Under the pieces are notes generated by a model. It searched no databases and was not told where the DNA came from. It saw nothing but the letters and a program-made list of their open reading frames with translations. Of a DNA stretch of 64,000 nucleotides, positions 23,928-37,029 are shown piece after piece. Source of the DNA: Vicugna vicugna (taxonomy: Eukaryota); assembly GCA_013265495.1 (NCBI GenBank), contig MU058065.1, positions 3,637,003 through 3,701,002 on the forward strand, written 5' to 3'. The translations under genes and the position numbers were made by a program. Position 1 is the stretch's first letter, and the number at the start of each line of letters is the position of its first letter.

Positions 23928-26229
23928 AGAACTGTCATTCTAGGAGCTGACATCAGTACTTGGGGGTTAGGCACACCACTTCTTTAAAGGACAGTGTCCT
24001 TTTGGAATCCCATTTAAAATATTGAAATTGGAAAATGAGGTTGGTGTCCATGAGATGGTTGGAGGCAATCACTATATAGAGACAGCATACTTAGTGAACA
24101 TGGCTTGGCCTACAGTGCATCTAAATCTTTGAAGTCCCTAGCTGTGCCTTCACTAGGGGCTAATGTGTTTTGGAATTCTTTTAGGAAGAGTATGATTTTT
24201 CTTCTTCAGGTGTAATCTCTTTAATCTGCATTTTTGATCTTTCACATTGAATCTTCCAAACATTTCTTAAATGATTCAGATCAGATAACAAACTTTCACT
24301 TCTAAAAAATAGATTTTAAATTAAATTTGTGAGCCAGCAATGGTCAAGAAACTATCTACATGTGTACACACACACACACACACACACACAAGCATTTGCC
24401 TGTTCGTCAAGCCTTAGGTCTAGTCCAATGTTGTACGAATAACAGGTGTTAAGGCATATCTATTAAGAATTAGGCTTGCAGAGGGGCAGTACCTTGACCA
24501 AGGCTTTAAACTTGCAAACATCTGGAACTCAGTTTCTCTGAGGGGTGGTGCGATTTGGCCCTCTGGGTTCTGAGGTTTGGAATAAGTGTGGGGTGCGTGT
24601 ATATGAGGGAGGAACAGCTCAAACTCTGTGGATCAATTTAGGGCAGACAAACAATTGTAGACACATTATTTTTTGCAAATTTTTTTTCTTTCTCATGTTG
24701 GATTCTGAATCACATGTCATTAGCTAACAGTTTTTATCAACCTCAGACTGTTCCATGTTAGAAATCCATAAGTATAAGACCTTAATGAGGTGTTTTTCTA
24801 AACTGCTTTTCAAGACTTTATTAAGCAGTGCTCAAGAGGACCATTCCTGTGTAATCTGTGTTGTTTTCTAGGGACCCAAGAATGAGGATGGTTCAAGGAA
24901 ACAGAGGACAGCCCCCCGATAAAAATGGAATGTCATGTTAACTAGTACTCTACCATTTGGCTTGGCTGCATATGGGGGTACTTTTAGGACCAGAACAAAT
25001 ATGTCACCCTTCCTTGTGGGGTACATTGTATCTTAAGAAAAGTCCATAATTATTACTTTAAACTTAAGACAGGAAATGTTTCCCAAACTAGTCAGTAAAC
25101 AAAACACTATAATCCAACTGTTGTTGTATTTGAATAGTTTAAAAAAATGTTGGTCATATACTACATAACGTTTTAGGGAGCTGGGCACCACCCAAAGGCA
25201 GAACAGATTAATTTCATGGTTTCTAGATGCATTTGCACAAATTAAAATGTAAGTCCTCATTTTGTTTTTCTGAACCTCTTTATTCAGTTAGTTCTATGTG
25301 TAGAGTGGGATAGAGAGCAGTTTTCAGAAACATTCAAGCTGAATTCTTTTATGTTGTGTATGTCAATGTCACAGGACTGATGCTTGACTTATAAATTAAC
25401 CATGCTGTGTCAGTTTGCCCCAGTCACAAGTCCAGTACATGTAGATCTGCAAAATAATAAGAAAACTTTCCATAGAATTCTTCTTTATATTGAAGAGTGA
25501 ACATAAGCTTCTCATAGACAGTGGGAGTTTTCTCATCTAAACATCGAAGAAGTAATTCTTTAATTTTTTAAAAAGGAAAGCCAATTCTTGGTTAGAATAT
25601 TTCAGTTGTATATTTTAACAAACTTTAAAGAAGTTATTGCTCTTGCAAAGCTTTCCAACAGTTAAATAATGGACACAAGAAATCAACCCCAGTGGTCTCA
25701 ACTTACAGTGAAGAAATCAAAGCTTGGGAGTCTAGGTGAAAACTAACTTAGTCATCAGTAAGACCCAGCTCTCCTGACTCTGACTAGTTATCATCTTATT
25801 GTCCTTGCAGTCTCCTCTATTAGTGACATTTAAGAGCTGGAGATGTGTGTTCTTTGGTGATTCTTAAGGGGCAACAAATAATGAATTATGTTTTATTAAG
25901 ATATTTTCCCTGTTTCACTTTATGTATGTATCTCCCTTTTGGCTCACATATGCATTGAAATATTCTTTAAAAAGTAGAATCACTTTATGAAACCAGACTT
26001 TCACTCACTGGATAAAAATTAATTGTGCACCCAGTTTGTGTTTGGATCCATGGTAGGCATTACCAAGAGAAGGAAAAATGAGTCAGTCTCTTATATAGAA
26101 CTCCAAATATTCAGAAAAGAATAATTGATGTCTATATACAAAGTACTTTCACAAACATGATCTCTTTTGAATCTGCCAGTGTTGTAGAAAATTCTTTATG
26201 GTTATGGAACAGTCTGTGATGATACTATT

Positions 26230-26492
26230 ATTATTTTTAAAAATTCAAGTATATTTGATCTACAATATTATATTAGTTTCAGGTATATGTCATAGTGATT
26301 CAATATTTTTACAGATTATGCTCCATTTAAAGTTACTACAAAATAATGGCTGTATTTCCCCATGCTGTTCAATATATCCTTGTTGCTTATCTATTTTATA
26401 CATAATATGACTCTCAATCCAATAACTTCTGTCTTTTCCCTCCCACCTCCCCTCTTCCTAAACGTAACCACTAGTTTGTTTTCTATATGTGA
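26230..26492 (-). mobile_element. L1 3'UTR fragment
   Basis: TACAATATTATATTAGTTTCAGGTATA..CATAGTGATTCAATATTTTTACAG..AACCACTAGTTTGTTTTCTATATG. Confidence 0.85.
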
Positions 26493-26561
26493 GCATGTTA
26501 TTTAACAGTCATGTCACCACCTGTTGGGAGAGAGAGTAGAAATTGTTAGAGAGCCTGATTG

Positions 26562-27000
26562 ATGAATAAATCATTCATTCATTCGGTCATTCATTCACTA
26601 GTCAACAAATACATTTGAGTGCTATGTTCCAGATACTATGCTAGGAACAGGGAAAGCAACTGTTATCGAATAGATATTATACTGCTCTCAGGAAATCCAG
26701 GCTGGTGGGAAAATAAATAGTTCCACAAATAAGTATGCAATTATAAAATATAATAAACACTATGAAGGAAAACAATGGAGCGCCATGCGAGAGTATTACA
26801 AGGAGACTTGATTGAGACTGGGGAATTAGAAGAGGCTCCTGCAAGAAGTAAACTTTCAATTGAGACCTGAAGGAAGCGCAGTGCTTAGGCAAGGAGTGGT
26901 GGAGGGACCGCCTGTGAAGTGAAAGAGGAGAGCTGGCTTCGGACACTGGCAAACATCATCTGGTCAGAGCCTGTGGGTGTGGGAGACGGGGCCGTGCTAA
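26562..27000 (-). mobile_element. L2 3' region
   Basis: TCATTCATTCATT..CAACAAATACATTTGAGTGC..CCAGATACTATGCTAGG..GAGACCTGAAGGA. Confidence 0.75.
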
Positions 27001-27544
27001 GGCCAGGAGGTGGTTACGTGGTCTCGTGGGGAGGTTCCCAGGCTGTGCAGCCACACGACCCTCCCTCACTGGTGTGCTGAGGCATCTGTCACAGGAAGAG
27101 GACCTGAAGAGTTAGGATGTAGGCGTGCTGGAGTTGGTTACTGTTGGTTTCTTCTCTCATCCTTTTGATACCATTGTCTACCTGTTGCCCTGGACGCCCT
27201 CCAAGTCTGCAGCTGGCCCTTACAGATCTTGCTCCTGCCAGTTACCTGTTTCTGCCATTACTTGCGTCATATCTAGTTATACCTGATACACGACAGTTCT
27301 GAAGTTAGGGCTTGTGCTAAGTCAGGACCCTGGAAGCAACAGTGGGCTTCTGCTCTAAGATAAGAGTAAGTGGTGATTTCCTTCTTATTTTAACAAGGAT
27401 GACTAGAGTAGTGCAAATCTCATCACTAAGAGTACAAAGGCAGGTAATAAACTGAGCCTTGTCATCTTTCCTCTCTGCCTCCCTCTCCTTTCCCTCCCCC
27501 CCTTTCCTCTCCTCCTCTCTCTTTCTCTTCCTTCCTTCCTTTAG

Positions 27545-28620
27545 AAAATATGCACAGAGAAGCTCTTAAAATGTAAATATTCTGCTTAATAATTTTAAAG
27601 CAAATATTCACACAATATTCACCCAGGATGCAAGACAGAATATTGCGGGCGCTCCAAAATCCCCAGCAGGCCCCTACCCTAACTAGTGTCCTCCTTCTCT
27701 GCTAGAGATAAACACTACCCTATTGTGGTGTCATTATGGGATTATGCAACCCCCATACCTCTCAAAGCATTTATTTCCTTGCTGTTCTTGATAGTTTTGC
27801 TACCTAATGATGCAGGCTTCAAGACTATAGTTTATAATTTTGCTTGGTTTGGAACTTTAAATAAACGGAATCACGCTGAAGGTATTCTGTTCAGCCTGGC
27901 TTATTTTGATTAATTGTATATCATTAAAAACTTCTATTGGAGACAATTTAAAATTTTTAAAAAATTACAAAGATAAAAAGGTGCAAAGGACTCTCATTTA
28001 CCTTTCGCCTAGATGTAAACCCATTGTTTACATTTTGCCTCATTTGCTTTATTATTTATGTGTGCTCTCTCTCTTCAGATGTACATAACTTTTCTGAACC
28101 ACTTGAGAATAAGTTATATATACATCATGGCACTTTGTCCATAAACACTTTAGTGTATATTCTCTAAAGATAGGGCTATTCTCTTACATAACCATAGTAC
28201 AGCGATCAATTTATAAATTTATATTGATACAATACAATCTGCAACACATAATGCAATTTTGTTAGTTGCCCTAATAACCCTTTATAGCAATTTTGCCCTC
28301 CCAGTGAAGGCTTCTCTCTAGCATAGGACCCAGCTCAGGGTCAATTGCTGCATTTAATTTTCATGCCTCTTTAGCTTCCTTTCATCCAAGATATTTCCTC
28401 ACCCGTTATTTCTTTTTACTATAATAGTCACTTTTGTAATGCATACATTCCCCTACTCCCTTTTGAATAGAATGTTCCTCATATTGTGTTTGTCTGATTC
28501 AACTTTATTCCTTTAAATTTATCCATGCTGTATTTTTTGTAATTTTTTTCATTTTTGTTGCTAAATCGTAACATATGGATGCAAATGTTGCAGTTAATAA
28601 TTATTTCACATGCATCCTTA
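27545..28620 (-). mobile_element. Old L1 3' ends (L1ME-like, with an L1MC-like piece ~27930-28510)
   Basis: TTTTCTGAACCACTTGAGAATAAGTT..CATCATGGCACTTT..TTCTCTTACATAACCATAGTAC. Confidence 0.6.
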
Positions 28621-29639
28621 TAACTTTTATTAAAGAGAGAAGTTAAGTGAATAATTATGACATTGAATGATCTCTTCTCGAGAAAAGCCCAGCCAGTACA
28701 TCTACAGAGTTGCACCCAATTTACCTGGTGGAAGATACCTGATGACAAAATGATGACCCAGAAGAAACACACCACCCTCTGAATAATCAGGATTGCAAAC
28801 CCGTACCCACAAAACGATCGTAATCACAATTCCAAGGTTTCAGCTTTAAATATCTGTTCTGAAAAGAAGCAAAATTATCAGTCACTGAAGCCATTGAACT
28901 AGGATCAGGGGGTATTAGGATGTGCAGTTAATTGGAAAATGACTAGTGATGGATAAACCTCAGAAACGCTAATATTCAAGGACGCTTATGTGAGACTTCT
29001 TAAAATACTTTTAATCAAATGGGCTCAAATCCTTTGGTTAAACCCTTTTCCTCAATTACTGGTTCTCTTTCTACTCAAACCCACCAGAATTCATGTGTTG
29101 TCTGCCTTGCCTCCATCAAGATATTCTTTCTCATGTCTAAGAGTGATCGCCTTTGTTGATACCTCACTTTGAAGTCAGTACAGGGTTGCAGTACATGACG
29201 ACTTTTACGATAATAACCTTACATTTGAGCCAAAAGAATTCTGAGAACTAATCTGGTTCCAGGAAGTGGTTTTAACTTTCATTCTTCCATGTTCAAATTC
29301 TGTCTTTATCTGTAACTTGCTTTTAAAAAGATAGATGCTTGTACATTTAATATGTGTGTTTCCAACTTGTCTGTAACCCTGGCTTTCTTTGTAATTCTTT
29401 TCAGTTGATTCAGATATAGGGATCATAGACAATACTTCCTTCTTTCTACACTAGATACATCTCCTTAAGAAATTCGTCACTGATGGTTGAAAACAAAGTC
29501 TGGCACTGTGCTAGGTAATTCTGGCCTGACCCTTCTAACAAAGACATTTACTCTATTGAGAGATAAATGGAAGCCTGAGAATTATTATAGCATTTTGGTC
29601 ATAAGTAAAAATATAAAATATTTTATATTTAATGATATG

Positions 29640-30725
29640 TTAGAATTGTGATCACCATTAGAGATTCTAAATTTCTGGAAAGAAATAATAATACACTATC
29701 TTTTTGCAGTGGGGCAGAGGGAGCAATGAAAAAAAATATTATTTGAAGATAGTAGTCAGGCAGGCAAAGTGTTCCAATATCCACAGATGACTCACATTGA
29801 GAATAATAAGATGTAGGTTTGAACAATGTGGCTATACAAAGGTATTAGATTTCAAGAAAGTAAATTTTGGGGAATTAAGAAATCTGGTGAAAAAGGTGCA
29901 ATAAGAGGAAGTATAAAATTCCTGAGCATGAAAGAATCTTTTAAGACACCATAATTAAAGCTCAAAGAACTGCAGGCCTTCTGAAAAAAAGAAAAAAATG
30001 TGAGACTTAACAAAAATAGTATGTGTATAACACACTGGAGAAAGCAAGGAGAGCTGTGGAAAGATCTGAGAGAGAGAAACACATCATTATGGAGCAACTG
30101 TCCTGTTTGCTAAATAGAAATGATAGGGGAGCTGGAGAGGGCTGCACAGAAGAGAAGCAAATACAAAGAATTCTTTGGAGTCTTTGCTAAAAAATATGGA
30201 CAGAAACAATAAAAAGTGGTTATTTTTAGTCATTGGTGGTGGTTGGGAAAAAACCGATGGTAAAGCAATTTTTAATCCAGAATAAAAAAGGAATTAAAAA
30301 AAGAAAAAGACACGCTTCAGAGAATAAAAGCCTAAAATAGCTGAAATGATTGATTTTAAACAATCAGTTTAGCTCTTCAAAGGAGAAAGTACATGGACAA
30401 CTGGAAACAATTAACTTGTAGTTTAATAAATAAATTATGAGCTTTCTAGATTTGGTTAGATGGATAATTCAAGTGCATAAGGCCGTGAAGCAGAGGATTT
30501 GGAGAAAAGTTCAGGAAGATTCCTTCGGTCCAGAGAAACAAATGTTTTGGGTCTAAAAGAGACCCAAGAGCAGGATCAGCATGGAGAAACTCATTTGAAA
30601 GGAAGCCGGAAATGGGGCATTGTCCCTTGTGATTGAAGAAAATAAATGGTGGTTCTTGGGAATATACAGATAAACAGGGAGGCATGTCAGTGGGATATCA
30701 GACCAGTTTCTTTCTTTGTGATGAG
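29640..30725 (+). mobile_element. Ancient CR1/L3 LINE ORF2 relic
   Basis: 29836-29889 translates TKVLDFKKVNFGELRNLV (CR1-type LDF.KA.F..LR motif); then KDTIIKAQ and an RPVS motif near 30700 in the expected order. Confidence 0.65.
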
Positions 30726-30989
30726 CTTAATCCCACTCAACACTTGTGTTCTCATCCTGGTTAGGTGCTACCCATCTCCAAGCTCTTTCTAATGCTGACC
30801 CTCAGAGATACAACCATCAGACGAACAGATGAGGAACCGGTGATAGAATCTTTGTGGGCTGGAAGGAATCATATTTTATTGAGTCCAACACTCATTTGCA
30901 GATGATGAAACAGACCTAGAAAAGAAGAGACCTACTGAAGATTAATCACTGGTGAATGTCAATGATGGAATTTTGTCCATCATTTAACA

Positions 30990-31385
30990 TCCACTTTTCC
31001 ATTGACTCCCTCCCTCTCAATTCCTCAACAACTAGGAGGAAATCTCTCCTAGTAGATTGTCTGTCTGGGAGGAGATTGATTCCCATTCTCTGTGGCACTG
31101 CAGCCAAAGGAATACTGATGACCTAGGCTTGGCCAATTAGTCCTTTTCTCTGGGAACTTTGGCTCTGAGGGACAGATGTAAAAATGTGGGAGACCTTGGA
31201 GACATTGTCACATCATTGGGACATTGTATGGAACAGAGAGTTCTTGTTGCAAGACTTTTGTTGTAGTTCCAGTTGCCAAGTCCTTAGATTTCTCTGTTTT
31301 TTATTTACTAAATTGGGTCTTCTTATCTTTTGACAATTTTTTATCTTTTCTTTTGCTTACCATAACCAGAGTCTTGTTGAGACCA
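30990..31385 (+). mobile_element. Old MaLR LTR (MLT1-type)
   Basis: TGACCTAGGCTTGGCCAATTAG..TCTCTGGGAACTTTGG..TTTTGCTTACCATAACCAGAGTCTTGTTG. Confidence 0.5.
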
Positions 31386-32501
31386 TGTTAGGTACCCCAA
31401 TTCTAAGTTAATTGAGTATAAATAAGTTGGGAAAATACGAACTGCATCTCAGTTTATTTTGCTTCCTATGATTTAATTCTTTCTAGCAAGCATCAGCATC
31501 TGCCTCCATCCTGTCCACCATCACTGTTTGGAGTGGAGCAGCAGCACTGTGATGTAATGAGCAAAGCTATGTACATAGGGAAAGATTTTCTAACGGAAAA
31601 ATGAACAACTCTTGTTTTTGCTCTTGGTTCATTGCAAAGAGAGGTATTTCCCCTTTCTTGGTGTCAAAAAGGTAGCCATGGCTTTGTCAGATGGAAGGAA
31701 TTCTTTTGCCCCAAGAGAGAATGCAACTTTGCATTTGGACTGTTCAAAGGAGAGTGAAGAACAAAAGGATAAAGAAGAGGGTCGTGGATTCTCTGAAAGT
31801 AAGCAACTGAGTCCTGCTTTAAGATGGTGCTTTGAGAAGTAGCAGCATCTTTGAAAAGGTCTCATGGATGCTGAGGGACAGAACACCCAGGGCATCTTAG
31901 CAACCCCTAAAATGTCACTGCAGCTCAGCTGACCCAGAGAGTTAGATACAGACTATGGCGTCCCCACTCTTCCATGGACCATGAAAAGCTGGGATACATC
32001 TTATACCTGAATGCTGGGAAACAAATTCACACCTATCACCTGTCTCATAATGCTCAGCCTCCAAAGAAATACCAACAACTTCAGGCAAACAGTCAAGCCA
32101 TTTGTCTATAAGGTGTCAAACATTTGAATTTTGGGGGTCCAAAGTGCTTGGATGTCTGACGTAGTGTGATGGGGCTGGTGTCTGGCCCTGGCCCTTGCTG
32201 AGAACACGTGGTGGTTTCTTTTACTTGAGAGAAGAGATGATGATGGGTCGGAACTGGGAGCAGGGTAAGGGCAGTTGCTATTAGGAAAGTTTCCTTTCAC
32301 AGACATGTATCAGAAGACCTTACTTTTGGTACTACCTTGGAATTTTTACATTTCATTCCTTCATACAAGTCATTCAGTTCTTCACTGAATCCCCATAAAT
32401 ATCCATTGAATAAAGCACAGTGGTAGGTAGTGTTAAGAATATCTTCTCATTGGATCCTGACAACAACTCATGCAGTACAGCAGCAATTTTTTCCTTATTT
32501 T

Positions 32502-32650
32502 TTAAACATTTTTTATTGAGTTATAGTCATTTTACAACTTTGTGTCAAATTTCAGTGTAGAGCACAATTTTTCAGTTATACATGAACATAAATATATTCA
32601 TTGTCACATTTTTTTTCGCTGTGAGCTACCACAAGATCTTGTATATATTT
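32502..32650 (-). mobile_element. Young L1 terminal ~150 bp
   Basis: Reverse complement closely matches 38944-39095 in this window. Confidence 0.9.
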
Positions 32651-32800
32651 TTGGGGGGTAGGAGAGAGGGGAATAGTTAGGTTTATTTACTTATTTGTTT
32701 GTTTATTTGTGTATTTATTTTAATGGAGGCACTATAGATTGATCCCAGGGCCTTGTGCATGCTAAGCATGCACTCTACCACTGAGCTACATCCTCCCCCC
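32651..32800 (-). mobile_element. Vic-1-like SINE fused directly upstream of the L1 end
   Basis: Minus GGGGAGGATGTAGCTCAGTGGTAGAGTGCATGCTTAGCATGCACAAGGCCCTGGG..CCTCCATTAAAATAAAT. Confidence 0.85.
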
Positions 32801-33025
32801 TTTATCCTCATTTTAAATTGATCAGGATAAACTGTCACACGTGTTGCTCATTTTCATTAGCTAGCAAATGGCAGAGCTGGTCAAATGCAAATCTTCAGGT
32901 CCAATGTTTGGCAACCTCCCATTCCCTGCCACCCTCAAAATTGTCACTCTGACTCAGTAACTGTGAGATTTCTAAGACTGTGCATAGCACGACATAGCTC
33001 TGTCCCCTGTGGTGCCATTGGTTTG

Positions 33026-33480
33026 TGTCTTAGTTTGGGTTCCCTCAGATATTGTCCCTGCCTAAGAAGAGGATACAGTATAAGTGGTTGGTCTGGGAGG
33101 TGAATGAAATACTAGGTGGAAAATGTGGAAGAGAGATAGGGAAGGAAAGGCAGCCAACAAAGGGCGGATTACTAAGCTAATTACTGCTTTGGGCCTTCAG
33201 CTTAATCGCACTAGGGCATTTCTGAGAGCCAGTGTTCTCAGAACATATACTTCAAAGATAGCCTACCTTAGGAGTGAGGGAGCTGAGGTATTTTCATGCC
33301 AACTCCCATCTGTTCTCATTGAGAACTGCTTCCAGGGTCCATTAATTCCTGTCACGTCCAACCTGCCGCATGAGTGGGCAGGCTTCTGTGCTCAAAGAAA
33401 GCAGGTTTAGGCAGTTGGGAATCAGGCCAAGTTCACTGAAGCAGAAAGGGTGTGAAGATAAGGGTAGCAAACACTACAAT
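33026..33480 (-). mobile_element. ERVL solo LTR (LTR16-like)
   Basis: TGTCTTAGTTTGGGTTCCCTCAG..GGGAAGGAAAGGCAGCCAACAAAGGG..GAGGGAGCTGAGGTATTT..CCAACTCCC; paralogous to 45073 and 55220 copies. Confidence 0.7.
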
Positions 33481-33514
33481 TTGTGATGGGACCAATGGGA
33501 CAAAAATGGTAATG

Positions 33515-33740
33515 ATAATATTTAATAGCTAATATTTATTGAAGATTGGATTAAGGTTTTTTGTTCTTTAACCTGAAGTGTCTTATTGAAACCTCATAAC
33601 AAACTTATTTTTTTCCCACTTTACAGATGAGAAAACTGAGTCTGAGACGGGTCAGGTAACTAGCCTTAGCTTCCACAGGTAGCAAGTGCCAGAGGCAGGA
33701 TTCTAACCTACTTCTGCTTTGCACCAAAGCACCTACTACT
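33515..33740 (-). mobile_element. MIR SINE
   Basis: CCCACTTTACAGATGAGAAAACTGAGTCTGAGACGGGTCAGGTAACT..CAGAGGCAGGATTCTAACC. Confidence 0.8.
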
Positions 33741-34559
33741 TCCAATGGAAAGAAGATGTGGATGCGTCAATTTAAAGAGTTAGAGGCATTCACCTCCCCC
33801 CAACTTTAGTCCTGATCTGAGGCCAGTTATAGCAGTGAGGAAATGGGATAAACTGACAAATAGAGAAAGGTTAGACATTTTCCAGAATATTGATTTTTTT
33901 TCTTTTTGCATCATGAAGATCAAGATTTTTGGATATGACAAGCTAGCGGTGATGGAGAAACATACTGCCTTTGAGTGTTTTTGTCTGAGTCGTGTGCACC
34001 ACCTCACTCCTGAGACAAGGTAAGGTGACATCAAATGTGACAGTGGTTGGGAAATCAGTCAGGTAAATATAGTGTACATCACAGCCAGCAAATGCGTGAA
34101 GGAGACATAGCGGAAACTTCATTGCCCTCAAGCCTTGACGGGCACCCATGAAGCCCTTCCTGTTTTAGAAGAGGGTAACCAAACTTTCCAACTTTCCAAC
34201 ATATTGGTAATGTAATAAGGAAAATATTTTGTTAAATGTATCCCTGTGCTTCTTCTATTCACATTTTCTCCTCCTGCTGTTCCCTTATTCCTCCAGATAA
34301 GACCATTTATTTGCCTTGGGAAGGCTTAGGATTTGCTACAAAGAAATGCAAAGAAAAAGGTGAAACTTGGATTTCTCAGCAGGCCAATAATCTTGAAATC
34401 CAAGCTCAGCCCAGAGAGAAATGATTTTCTAAATTCTTCTAGCTCCTGTTAACATATCAGGACCAAGCCTGGAAGGCTGAGATTGTAAACCCAGGACTTC
34501 TTATACAGTTCAGAATGGACACTCCTTCTTCTGCCCTCTATCTTTGATGCTTGGATTTG

Positions 34560-35360
34560 AGGTATGATCTTCTAGGGTAGACGTAAAGGAAGACTGAGAG
34601 GGAGGAGAAAGTCTAAAGCCCAACTCTTTTGGCCCTTGAAAATTATAAGAAGGAAGCTGGAGGTAGAACAAGTAGGTCAGATTCCAAATGTCTCAGCCAA
34701 TCATTCTCTCCTTCTATGACTCCCACTCCGAACTTAACCCTAAGGAGGGTGGGCCTTAGAAATACCTAGTTACATATAGAGAGGATCTGAGACTAATGGG
34801 CTAATGGCCCCCTTCCCAAAAGATCCACTTTCACAGGGTTCCAAAGTATTGGCCAACAGTATTTATGGGAAAGGCCAGAGAGTTTGTGGGAGGAAGTATA
34901 GAGGTGTGGAGTGGCTGGTGGATGGGCAGAGCCCTGCCATCCATCAGCTTAAGGAGTGGTTCTGTGCCTGGACCAGAACATCTTCAGGAAGTGGTCAGGA
35001 CCATGGATCCCATGATGTGTGTCAGTATATCAGCTAAAAAGCCAATGGAATTGGTCATACCTCAGCAGCCACAGCTCCAGGGACCAGCTCAGACCAGTCA
35101 TTCTGAAGCCAATTTCTTGGAGAGATCAGGGAAGGGAACCAAATTCTATGTGGATGAATACTTTATCTAAAGAAGACTGAAGAGAGCTACAGAGAATACT
35201 TAACGCACCGAATCAGATTAACGTTTTAGATCAAACTAAAATAGAATTTCTTCACTCACCAGATTGATGTGGGTTCATGAGGAAAACCAGACAGAGAAAT
35301 AAGGAAATCGTTTGTCTTTGCACATCTGAGGTGGTGAACAAGGATGAGATCCCGCTGTAC
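34560..35360 (+). mobile_element. Possible ancient Gypsy-type LTR (MamGypLTR-like); a similar reverse copy may lie at ~40060-40620
   Basis: 3' end AAATAAGGAAAT..TTTGCACATCTGAGGTGGTG..GAGATCCCGCTGTAC resembles remembered MamGypLTR termini; 5' boundary uncertain. Confidence 0.35.
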
Positions 35361-37029
35361 TAGAGGCTGCTTGAAAGAATTAGGTGTATTGTCTCTAGTT
35401 AACAAAAAGTAACCTCTTTCCTTGAAACTAGTCTTCAGGTGAAACAAATTTAACTGCCTGAGGAGGGGATGATAGCTTGAAACAAAAGGCCTCATTGGAA
35501 AACAGGGTTTTAGCAAGGACATCTTGCCCATCTTCACAAGACTGGAAGGCTGGGAGAGACCTCCAAGGTCCTCAAGCCCAAGTCCTTAGTTGTCCAGGTG
35601 AGGCTGGGGTGTTTAAGTGGTTTGTCCTAGTCTCCCTAGTAGGCAGGAGCAAGGCTGAGCCAAGACAGCCTCTACCCCAGGCTTCTAGAATCATATGTAC
35701 AACCTACCAGGCTGCATCTGCATTCTAATTTGACTTCTCCATGTTCTGCAGACCAAGTATTGAGGCCACGGACTTGGTTATAATTCCTCTTGGCATTATT
35801 TCTTAGTATGTGAAGCATGCTAACTGTGCATTTGAAATAAACTAGCCACTAGGATCTGTTGACAATGTGCACCCAAAATAGACTTGTGCAATTAGATTAA
35901 TGCTGTGCAAAAGTCCTCAATCCTTTTAGGAATGTTTCCCTGTAAACCCTTTGGAAAACAATCCTCTTAAAAAAATCCGATTCAGTCATCACCATCCCAG
36001 TTCAGAGAATTCTTCATCTTATTAGTATTTTTACAGGGCATAAATAAAAATGCATAAAACAACAATTATTATTTTCCCACACCATTGAATTGGAAATTAA
36101 CAGAGGACTGAAAATACTGATGTCACATGATATAAACCTAACTTTTTCAAGCAAATGCATATAGCAAGTGCATAAAGTTCTGCATTTGGAAATGTATTAA
36201 GTTCATCTGTACATCAATGAGTCTTCATCCAATTATATACACAAAGAAAGAGCATTCTTCCTAAAATAAAAGTTAGGAGGGAATTGTGGGATGACGGAAA
36301 TGGGATGAGGAGGAAACCAATGAATGAGAAATGAGTAAATGGCTAGGACAAAGGAAATACTAATTCATATTCACAGAAGGAGCTTTGAAATTCTCATGAA
36401 ATGAAGACTCTCTTCCTGTCTACCTTTAGTCCCTACTCTCAGAGGCTGGGATTTCAAAATGATTTGTGCTAGAGAGTAATCTCATCTAGTGATAAGCCCT
36501 CCTTATGATTCTATGCCTTTGGACAAGCCAGACAAGATTATGCCTATAATGGCTGTCATGCTCTAAGTCTCTGAATGGACCTTCCTACCCGACCACGACA
36601 GTAACTGCTGGAGTATCTGAGGCTTAGTGAGTGATCCTGATATATGGGGTCTTTGTAGCCTATGAAGAGTTGATCACAATGGAAATGATTCTTATAAAGA
36701 GAGCATCAGAAAGACAACCCATGCAAACTGCAGTGGTTTTCCTCTAGGCAATGAGCAGGAAGGACAAAGTATGGTGGGACTTCCTAGCCAACTTCCCCCA
36801 TCTCTGGGCTCATGGAAAAGCAAACTCACCTATAAAAGCCAGGGAAAGCCTTTCTATTTTTTAACTTAAATCTTGCCAAATGCAAAAGGAAAACAGAGCA
36901 GTGCAAGCAGAAGGAGCCCTGTAAGCCTCTGAACTGCTTCTTGCCTGTCCTTCCAGAAAAGATTTATGCAAATGCAAGTGAATACATACAACTATATCTA
37001 TGCATATACCTACATTTCTCTCTATACTT

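Noticed and set aside
31612..31842. ORF with good Kozak (GCCATGG) and a GTAAGC donor near 31799
   Set aside because: Peptide not recognised, with no partner exons or promoter evidence.
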